Below, in pieces: positions 46,271 through 56,342 of a stretch of DNA of 56,342 bases; position 1 is the first letter of the stretch; each line of letters begins with the position of its first letter. The notes under the pieces are model-generated. The model saw only the letters and a list, made by a program, of their open reading frames with translations. It did not search any database and was not told the DNA's origin. The position numbers and the translations under genes are program-made. The stretch is from Prorocentrum cordatum. Its lineage: Eukaryota. Where the stretch lies: positions 62,001-118,342 of the forward strand of contig CAUYUJ010000095.1 of the NCBI GenBank assembly GCA_963575745.1. The letters are read 5' to 3'.

Positions 46271-49200
46271 ACGCAGCAAGCATAGCAATCAATGACCACC
46301 CAACGCAAAACTAAAAAGAGGAGAACCAGGCCCAGCAGGATCACGAGGAGGAAGGGGGGTGAATACGACAAGGCTCGAACGTCTGCATCCGAGAAGGATA
46401 GTGTGTACTAAAGATGCTCTCTGTGGGGCTGCCCTGGGAAAGCTCCCTTAAACCTGTCGTGCGGGAAGGACTTTCAAGGACAAATATCCCACCCCCAACC
46501 CCCAGTGCAGGGGGGGGGTCCCGGGGAATACACAAGAACCCTCCCGAAGCCCTCCTGCAAGGACCGCCCCCCAAACAACCCAACCCTCCCCACAAAGAAA
46601 ACTACTACCTGGGGAAAGCCCCTACCCCACCCCTCCCTTAGACCCTCCGCAAAACAGGTGTTCCTCGCAGATCTCGCCTGAAACCACGGAACCTCCCTTG
46701 CAGGGGGGCCTCTCTGGGGAAGCTCCCTCTAACCTCCCCCTAGACCCTAGACTCTCCCAGCCGGTAGCCAGTCCCGTGGCCTCGAACGGGTAATGGACAA
46801 CGAATCAAATCACACTCATCGTCGACTCTCGATCGCAATTCTCGGCGCGCCGAGAAGACTTGCGCGGACGAGGGGGGGGTGCGGCAGGGGACGTGGGAAG
46901 TGAGGAAACAGCATAACAAAATAATAGACACCATGCTAAGCATATCACTGATAATCAAAATGACACTACTGAGAAGAAGACAAGGAAGAGGAAACAGAGC
47001 AATAATACTAAGAAGAAGAGGAATAATAACAATAATAATAATAATCGTGATACGAATAATAATAACACTCCATGGGCGCCAGGGTCAAGAAGAAGAAGCA
47101 TAATAAGAAGAAGACAACGGCTCAAGATGAAGAGCTGGCTCTGGCCACCCCCCTCGGGGTGGCGCGAGGCGGGCGGCCTTCGAAAAGGGCGGAGGGCTTC
47201 TCAAGAGGGCAGGGAGCAACTTAGACGACCCCGCAGACTCCTAAGAGGGCCTCTCGGACGCTGGGAGGGACCCTGAGAAGCCCTCCTGCCTTCTCGGAAG
47301 GCCCCCCCGCCCTCCTCGCCCCTCCCTCCTCCCTGTGCGCGTCGCCAACTGAGGAGCAACGATAGGGGGGAGAGGGGGGGGGGAAGCGGCCCAGGAGGGC
47401 GCATCAGCCAGGAGTCGGCGAGATACCGTGGATAGGCCGGCGATGAGCCCTCGATAACGGATCCGCACGTGCCTGGGCAGGGTGGGCTGTCGGGCCCCCG
47501 CTGGCGATCGATGGGCGATCGGGGGTCGAGGCGTCCCCTCATGTATTTAAAAATGCAGGGATCTAGTACTAATGCATAAATCTATTCCTGAATTAATCAT
47601 GTGTTAAAAGTCAAATGTTTTTTACAACAAATCCCATGTATTAAAAACTGCCCTGTAAGCCCATATCCTCCCCCCCTAGCGTTCCCCTTGACTTTCGAAG
47701 CACAACTCGGCTCTCCCACGGCCCTTTCGGGACGCTCACGGCACCCACCGAATGCGTCGACAGGGCGCGGCTGCGGGAAAACCACCGCGAGCCCTCGTTC
47801 ACCTGCCGACAGCTTCCAGAAACGTGCGGAAGCTTCCGGAACCTAATGAAGCCGCCCTCCCCCCCCCCTGGAGCCCATTCCTTCCCCTAGCCCAGAACCC
47901 CTTACGACGGGAGGTGTTTCGCTACTTTCTGCCTCTGGGGACCCTTACTGGGCCTCGGGGCCGTCAGAACACGACTCAGGATGAAAAACCGATCCTGGGC
48001 AATGGGTCGAGTCCTCTGGGGGATCGACGTCCTGAGAAAATCGTGACGTTGGGTGTCTGGGAAAGAACGCGGCCCATGCCCCAGTCCCTTCTCGATCGGG
48101 GCTTCACAAACGGGGGCTTAGCCAAACGTGGGCTGAACTGGGCTTTTCCATGCAGTAGGGGCCCGACCACAAGAAACCTTCCACAAGAAAACCAGCCCAG
48201 ACCACAGGACATCCATGGTTTTTTGGTGTGGGAACGCCACGCTTTCCATCGCAAAACCGCCGAAACCCAAGAAATCCAGGGCACCCTGGAGGCAAGCAGG
48301 GTGTTTCTTGGCATGGGTCGCCACTGTACTCCCCAGATCTCTCCGGTGGCGCGCTCTGACCAGGATTTCGAGGCGAATCTGGCGGGGGCGGCGACGGCCC
48401 CCCAGGAGGCCCAACAAGGCGAAAACGGGGTTCCCCTGACTCGACGCCGCTCTGCGCCCTCCTCCGAGTCTCGGGCCCCAAAACAGCGAAAACGAGGCCC
48501 TCCTCTGAGTCTCTGGCGCCCTGTCTTGAGCAGGGGCCGACCGTCCCGGCATTCCTATAGGTCTGCCACGAAATCTCCTTAGAACTTTAAAATGCTCCAA
48601 GAGCAAAAACAATTTTCTTAGAGCATCAGCCCGATGTACTACAACAAGACAGTCCCAGCCTGAAATGCTCAAAGAACCTTTTGCAGTAGAAGCCACACAA
48701 GGTTCTTAGAACATTGTTTGTGGTGGGCTTATAGGCACGCCAAGACGCTTTGCCACTGCTCGAGACTCGGCGCCGCCGGACCCTTCCCGGCGGTGTGCCC
48801 TCCTCTGAGTCTCCCCAGGCCCCCGACGTCGTGATTTGTTTGTTCACACCGTCGACCCCCAGAGGTCTGGACCCCTTCCCTGGGACTTGCTCCTCCCCCG
48901 AATCGTTGCTTCACGGACCCCGAGACCGAAACGAGGGACACACTTCCCGCCGTGATTTCTTCCTGACTCGAGGGGTTCCGTTCCGAACAAGTGTGCTACA
49001 AAAAAAGAGTGTGATACAAACGCAAGTGTGATACAAAACACGTGAGATAAGACGCATGTGTGTTATTCCACTTGTTTGTTTCACACACTTGGTCTGAGTC
49101 TCTGGAGCGTTTTTTACTTTCGGCGATAATGGGCGTTATAGGGGGGGAAGGGACCACGGGGGGGTAGAATCTAACGCCTCTCCCCCGCCGTGCGCACGGC

Positions 49201-49493
49201 GGCAGTACCGGGAGCGCACTGGGGGGGGGAGGCGTTACGTTATGGGGGGGGGCAGGGGGGGGGGCCGGGGGCATAATGCCCATCATGCCCAAAGCAATAA
49301 AGAAGCACGCTCTTGGCGCCCTGACCTGGCGCGGCGGACCCCTCCCCGGCAGCGTGCCTCGTCCAGGGCCCACGCCACCAACTGCGCCTTCCACCGGTGC
49401 CGGCAGCCCGGGATGGGGCACTGGAGCGGCAGGCGCCCGGCCTCGCGGGTCAGAGGGGGGGGAGGAGGAGGGAGGGGAGGTCCTCACCTAACT

Positions 49494-50103
49494 CCTCTCC
49501 TCGTCCTCCTCCTCCTCCTCCTCCTCCTCCTCCTCCCTCCACATCCTCCTCCTCCTCCTCCCCCTCCTCCTCCTCCCCCTCCTCCTCCTCTCCTCCACCT
49601 CTCCTCCTCCTCCTCTTCCTCCTCCTCTCCTCCTCCACCTCCTCCTCCTTCTCCACCTCCTCCTCCTCCTCCTCCTCTCCCCTCCTCCTCCTCCTCCCTC
49701 TCCTCCTTCCTCCTCCTCCTCCTCCTCCTCCTCCTCCTCCTGCACCCATCTGCATGCACTCCTCCTCCTCCTCCTCCACGCGTCCTCGAACTCGACCTCC
49801 TCCTCCTCCTCCTCCTCACAATCATCATCATCATCATCATCAACATCAACATCATCATCATCAGTCATCATCATCACAACAACATCATCATCAATCAGCA
49901 TCATCAACAGCAGCAACAATATCATCCACACATCATCATCATCATCATCATCAGCATCGCATCAACATCATCAACATCAGCAATCACATCAGCATCAGCA
50001 TCAGCAATCAGCATCAGCATCATCATCCATCATTATCAGCCAACAGCATCAGCATCAGCATCATCAGCATCAGCATCAGCATCAGCATCAGCATCAGCAT
50101 CAG

Positions 50104-50141
<38 letters not shown>

Positions 50142-50154
50142 CTTTCCTCCTCCT

Positions 50155-50188
<34 letters not shown>

Positions 50189-50290
50189 CCATTCCTCCTC
50201 CTCCTCCTCCTTCCCCCATTCCTTCTCCCCCTCCTCCTCCTCCCCCTTTTCCTCCTCCTCCTCCTCCTCCTTCTCCTCCTCCTCCTCCTC
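49494..50290. repeat. compound (CCT)n-(CAT)n-(CAGCAT)n-(CCT)n microsatellite
   Basis: Direct reading. Confidence 0.95.
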
Positions 50291-52463
50291 CCTCTCGCTC
50301 TCTCTCGCTCTCTGTCTTTCTCTCTAGAGGTGTGCATATGAATATATACATATGTGCAAATCTGTGCAAATGCAAATGTGTGCGTGAATTAACAAATCTA
50401 TGTGGGCCTTACCTCATGAGGGCTCCGCAGTAGAAGCCTCTGGAGGCCTCCAGGGGCCATGTTTTGTGGAGGAGAGGGGAAGATGGGTAAAGATAAAGAG
50501 GAGACGGCAGAGGGATGGAAGAGGGAGGTGGAAGAGGATGCAGGAGAAGGCAGGTGGACGAGCTCGCGATGGCTGCCTCTGTCGTTCTGTGTATCTGCCA
50601 TCGCCCTCTTTTTTGTTACCTGCGATTCACACTCTGCCTCTGAGGCTCTGAGCGAGAAACGAGGCGGGACGAGGAGAATCGTGAAGAGCAGAAAGGAGGT
50701 GAGAGTAGACAAGGCTGGAAAGGGCCGGGGGGGACGACGAGGAGGGCGGCTGCCCCGTGCACGAATGTCCGCAGATCTGCCCCTCTTTGGTCGAGAGCCA
50801 GTCGGACCCAGAATCGACGCTTTCTCTCGGGTGCCCGAAAACAGTACCGGCGAGCCCATGTTCGTGCATACTTCGGGCTAACGAACCGCCGACGATACAG
50901 GGAAGAACACGCGCGCAGCCTTTGCCGAATATCGGGGTCGAACGGCAGCCGAAAAAGATCATGGGTCAGACAAGCGGTGCACAGCCCCAACGGCTAGAAC
51001 ATGTAGGGCACTGAGATCTATACACCGATGTTTGTTCGGGCCATGCACTGAAATTTGCACCGGGAAGCGGATCCTGGTGTGTGCTGTACCCTGGTGTATA
51101 CGTTTTTCAGTGTCTCCTTGGGGAGTGGATAAAACAAATATGCAACTCACCACCCCGACGTCGCCCCCGACCCTCAAAAAGTCTCGGGATGGAAAAACAG
51201 CCCGCCACTGGAGATGTATTTGTTCCAGTGTCCGAACATAGCGCCGAACTGTATGATTGATCCGTCGCCGACGTCATCCATCGTCGTCGTCTTGGGAGCG
51301 GCGTTTGGCCCCGTCCAATCGCCTGTCGCTACTCTCGCGGGGAAGCGGCAGTTGGCTGTATCCTGTCAGCTTCCTGCCAACGCGTCCACCTGCATGCAGG
51401 GCTTGTGTCTGTTTGTATGTCCTCCCCTCATCGACCTCAGCGACCATGAGCGCGTCGGATCATCCACCGGACACCCGACACACTACAACACGCAGCCTGG
51501 ACACAGGCTCCTTCTTTTCCCCCCCTCCTCCTCCTCCTCCTCCTCCTCCTCATCCTCCTCCTCCTTCTCTCCTCCCTCTCCTCCTCCAAAGAAGGAGGGA
51601 GGGAAAGGTCGGGAAACACGTCGAGGAGAAAGGGGGGAAAGAGGAGGGTGGATATGAAGGGGGGGCAGGATGGGGGGCAGAGAGGAGGGTGCCCATATGG
51701 CATTCCTTTTTCAGACGGCCACCAATGCCCAAGCGCTGCAACGCGGGGCCCATGGCCCGAACGAAGAGCTTTCAGCAGGTGCCATCCGAAGAAGCTGAAA
51801 CAACAGCGGGGACGATGCGGCAACCATTGTTGCGCCGCCTCTATCCTGCTCCGCTTGGTTTGAAGGCGTTCTCGGCACCTTGTATATTCACCGTCTCTCC
51901 TGCGTTCCGACTCTTTGCCACCCTCTCAACCTTGTGGTCGTCACTCCGATGAGTGTTTCAGATGATTCCCCGACTCGACATGCGTCGCCAGAGCTGGCAC
52001 ACGTCCACCGACTCGGAAGCCGATGTCCCAGGAGACCCCAGGGGGCGGTGGAAATACATACATTCGTGCCCCCGCGGGCCATCCACCTCCACCGCCTCAC
52101 GCAATCTAGGAAGATCCGCTTCCAACGTGGTGGATGTGTGCACGCCCAGGCCAGGTGCGAGGGGGGGATTTCTCCGCATCCACAGCCTGGGAGGCGACGT
52201 CCTGGTGCCCCCGCGGGCGGTGGATATGATGATGAATTCACTTCTATACATCCGCCGGCCCCCTTGTGGGGCCACCAGGCTGTAGGAGCGGGATTTGCAG
52301 TTTCCTGTGCCAGTTGTAGCTTGTAGTTTCCAGTGTTACAGTTCTGCTTATTGCTGGTTGCTGTAACTAGTTGATTGACCGCGCGAGGGGGGGGGAGGCC
52401 CAAACCAGATTTTTAGCACCCCCTGGGCGCGTTGTCTGAATTGCTGGGGGGGCTCGAAATCGA

Positions 52464-52846
52464 CACCCCTCACGCAGATCCGCGGGGTCAGGGTCCACAA
52501 ACACAAGGGATTTGCCACATTTCTGAAATTCGGTGCCACCCCTCACGCAGATCCGCGGGGTCAGGGTCCAAAAACACATGGGATTTGCAACATTTCTGAA
52601 ACTCGGTGCCACCCCTCACGCAGATCCGCGGGGTCAGGGTCCACAAACACAGGGGATTTGCCACATTTCTGAAATTCGGCGCCACCCCTTACGCAGATCC
52701 GCGGGGTCAGGGTCCCAAAACACAGGGGATTTGCCACATTTCTGAAATTCGGCGCCACCCCTTACGCAGATCCGCGGGGTCAGGGTCCAAAAACACAGGG
52801 GATTTGCCACATTTCTGAAATTCTGTGCCACCCTTCACGCACATCC
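52464..52846 (+). repeat. 73-bp tandem repeat, 5.2 near-identical copies
   Basis: Unit starts at 52465, 52538, 52611, 52684, 52757 and 52830. Confidence 0.95.
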
Positions 52847-53514
52847 ATCGCAAGGCGTGGTAACCCAAACTGCGAGAACTCCCTCGGCCCTTTAATCGCA
52901 AGGTGTGGTAACCAAGCCCTTAAACCATACACGTCTTACCAATCGCCAGGTGTGGTAACCCTTCTTGTGATCAGTTGGTTTTGCTGATTGCGACTCGGCT
53001 TCGCATGAAGTTTCGATACTGCTTCACGACAGCGCCAAGGCCTCATGACTTAGCTCTTCCATGGCCCATTCTCCGAGAGAGGGGGCCGGCGGCAGGGGGC
53101 GAAGCCCTTACGGATAATTATATATATACACGGATAATTATATATATATATATATATATATACATCGACATGTAGTATAACCATCGCGCGAATTTCGCGC
53201 GCGCTCAGGTTCTAGCAGGCCCCAGGCCTTGACGAGTTCACTGCTCCACTGAAGTAGTGGACCACAAATGGTTTGAACGTGCAGTGAAGAAGTGTCCATA
53301 ACGCTGAACGCGTTGTGGGCAGTGAGAAGTCTATACATGTAAATCCGCATTCTGGAAGGCTTTCGGGGAAGATGCTTCCGTAGGGGGGCGGAGAGAAGTT
53401 GAATGAATCCGGTTCCCAGAAAGCCTTCTGAGAACATGGATTTTGGGGTGTCTTGGGGAGCCTGTTGGGGCGTGCCGTCGTCGTCGTAATGTCGTCGTCG
53501 CCTCTTGGGGCGCG

Positions 53515-53545
<31 letters not shown>

Positions 53546-54409
53546 TGTCCTCCTCCTCGTCTTCGTCGTTTCGTCGTCTTCGTCGTCGTCGTCGGTTCAT
53601 GTGGGCACTTGGGGCAACTCTGTGCGAAACGATCCGCGGAGAGCCGCGAGAAGGTGATCAATCATGTTCCCAGTCAACTTCCCAGAAAATTCCATGGTAG
53701 CGTGATGGTACTCTGGAGCCTCTGGTTACTCTCGGGCCCATGATGAACCAGCCCCCAGAAGGCTTTCTGGGGAAATGATTTGTTGGGGTGTGTTGGGGGG
53801 CCTCTTGGGCGTTCCCTGGTGGCCCCTTGGGGGCCTCCTGGGGCTTCCTGGGGGCCTCTTGGGCGCCTCACGGGGTTTCGTGGAAGTCTCTTGGTGGCCT
53901 CCGGTGGCCTACTCGGGGCCTCTAGGGCCAGAGACCTCGAAATATCGGTTCGCGGTCCCCCTCTGGGCCCCTTCTTGGGGCGATCTTGGGGCACACTTGG
54001 GTTGTCTGGGGAGCCTCCTGGGCCGTCTTGGGGCCCTCTTCGGGGCCTTGAGGGCCGCCTTTGAGCGATCTGAAGGGCCTCCGAGGCCGTGAGGGAGCGC
54101 TGGGAAGCGGGAAAAGCGAGAACGCAAAGATCCTTCAAAATCCATCAGAAAATGTGTGAATCTTGCCTCCGAGGGTGAGTCCGTCCTGGAGCGTGTTAGA
54201 GTCCTCGTCGGCCGTCTTGAGGGCATCTTGGGCGTTCTCGGTACCTCTTGGGACCGTCTGGGGGCCCTCTTGGGACGGACCCCCTTCGCCTGTCGTGGCC
54301 TGTTCCGGGGCGGGCCTAGGCCGTCTCTAGAGCTCTGGTGCCCCCCCAGAAACCCCGGGGGGGCGCCCATGGGGGGCACAGGCAGCGGCCCGCCCCCCCT
54401 TCCCGCCTA

Positions 54410-54793
54410 CTCATATATATATACATATACATATATACATATATATATACACACACATCTATATATGTGTGTAGGCATGTATGTATACATGCATGTATGT
54501 ATGTATGTGTGTATGTATGTATCTATGAATGTAAGACTGTAGGTATGTATGTTTGTATGTAGGTATACATGTACGCATAATGGTATGTACGTATGTATGT
54601 ATGTATGTATGAATGTATGTATGGTTTTATATATGTATGTATGGATGTACGTATGTATATATGTATATATATGTAGGCATGTATATAGGTATACATGTAT
54701 GTATATATGTATGGATGTGTATGTATGCATGTGTGTATGTATGTAAGTATGTATGTTTGTATGTATGTATGTGTGTATGTATGTATGTATATA

Positions 54794-54829
<36 letters not shown>

Positions 54830-55203
54830 TGTATGTATGTGTGTATGTATGTATGTGTGTGTATGTATGTATGTATGTATGGATGGATGGATGTATGTAT
54901 GTATGTATGGATGGATGTACATATGTATGCATATATGTATGTATGATTGGATGTGTGCATGCATGTATGCATGTATATATGTGTATGTATATATGTATGT
55001 GTGTACGTATGTATGTATGCATGTATGTATATATGTGTATGGATGGATGTATGTATGTATGTATGTGTGTATGTATGTATGTATGTATGTATGTATGTAT
55101 GTATGTATGTATGTATGTATGTATGTATGTATGTAGGTACCTTAGTATGTATGTATGTATGTATGCATGCATGCATGGATGGATGGATGCATGTATGTAT
55201 GTA
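54410..55203. repeat. (TATG)n/(TA)n tetranucleotide microsatellite, ~0.8 kb
   Basis: Direct reading. The tract is largely alternating purine-pyrimidine. Confidence 0.95.
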
Positions 55204-56123
55204 AGTTTGGGCTCCCAGGGCCACATTTGTTTCCACATCCACCGTCTGCCGAAGTCCACGCAAATGGAACCTCCAGGCGGTGGTCCTGGATCAATTTCCC
55301 GCCTCGGGCCAGGTCTCCAAGTTCGTAGCCCCCTCCCGGCGAGACGGATGCCCAGGGCACATGCAGCAGCAGCCCGAAACAAGGCGCCGCCGCGGCCGCG
55401 ACGAATTCTCGTGTGCGCGCGGCTCGTACACGAAGGGGGAGAGTGAACCGTGCACGAGCCTGCTGCGCAGCTCCACGCGGGCCGCCTGGATACAAATACA
55501 CACCAGCCACCCCACAGATGCGGAAAAGACTGATGAAAGGGAGGAGGAGGAGGAGGAGGAGGTGGAGGAGAGAAGGAGGAGCAGGAGGAGGTGGAGGAGA
55601 GAAGGAGGAAGAGGAGAAGGAGGAGGAGGAGGAGGAGGAGAGGGAGGAGGAGGAGCAGGAGGAGGAGGAGAAACAAAACGACGTAAACAAAAACTGTTTG
55701 TGCCCCGCGCGGGTGAGCTGGATCTGCGCCAGGAGCGGCGCCGGAGGCGCCGCCCAGGGGAGCCCATCGCGGATCCCAGAAGTCCGCGCAAAGCGCCAAA
55801 CAAATCGGATTATGTTGTTTTCTTTCTCCGAAATACACCAGGCCCCCGAAGCTGCGGATAAGCATTGCGGGAACTGCCTCGTTGGAAGACAAACGTTTGA
55901 ATACCCTGAAGCATGCCAAAACATTGTTCTCTGGATCTGGATTTCAACGCCACGGATCAACCTGACTGCTTCGTCTTGACGATCCAGAATCGTGCCAGCA
56001 AATTATTTTTTGGACTTCGACACCGCGAGCCAATGATATTGCTGCATCCGCGTAGTCCTGAACCCTTCCAAAACACCATTTCGGGTACGCTGATCATTTG
56101 AATGTTTCGAAAAAAAACTTCCC

Positions 56124-56342
56124 AATGCTTGAAACGAATGTGCGCGGCGCTAGGCGACAACCACATGTTGAAAAAGAACCGCCCTGAAGATGTGAAACTC
56201 TAGCAAATGTTTAAAACGAATGTGCGCGGCGCTGTGGCGAGAGCTACACTTTGAAAACGACCCGCCCTCAATCCGTGAGGCTCCTGCAATATTTTCAAAA
56301 GCATATGCGCGGCGCTAAAGCGAGAACCACATGTTGAAAACG
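56124..56342 (+). repeat. diverged ~83-bp tandem repeat running off the window end
   Basis: atgtgcgcggcgct-like cores at ~56138, 56220 and 56303, each followed by acatgttgaaaa or a variant. Confidence 0.8.

Noticed and set aside
51752..51780. MARTK peptide resembling the histone H3 N-terminus
   Set aside because: Similarity stops after five residues (MARTKSFQQ).
52464..52846. Possible CRISPR array
   Set aside because: Whole 73-bp units are near-identical with no unique spacers, and there are no cas genes.
54407..55446. YIHT/MYVC repeat ORFs
   Set aside because: These are translations of the (TATG)n microsatellite.

Overview
This is GC-rich, CpG-rich eukaryotic-type non-coding DNA (long intron or intergenic). 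No protein-coding gene, rRNA, tRNA, spliced-leader or CRISPR-cas locus could be supported. Nearly all long ORFs in the track are artefacts of triplet and tetranucleotide microsatellites ((CCT/GAG)n, (GTC)n, (CAT/GAT)n, (AGT)n, (TATG)n). The rest is a dense mosaic of short (130-270 bp) non-autonomous insertion elements. Several families can be delimited by eye from terminal inverted repeats (TIRs) and family-specific target-site duplications (TSDs: 2, 4, 5 and 8 bp, possibly TA). There are also minisatellites with 13, 18, 37, 53, 65, 73, ~83 and 101 bp units and a diverged ~0.6-0.7 kb tandem array. The style suggests a dinoflagellate-like genome such as Prorocentrum, but that is inference only. 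The most notable observations are: (i) a ~162-bp family with 5-bp TSDs, almost no TIR and all six copies on one strand; (ii) an 8-bp-TSD MITE family with Buster-like nnnTAnnn targets, including a site hit by two different elements; (iii) a CC...GG MITE family with 2-bp TSDs; (iv) a ~65-bp-period array with a conserved 24-bp palindrome. No transposase is present in the window.
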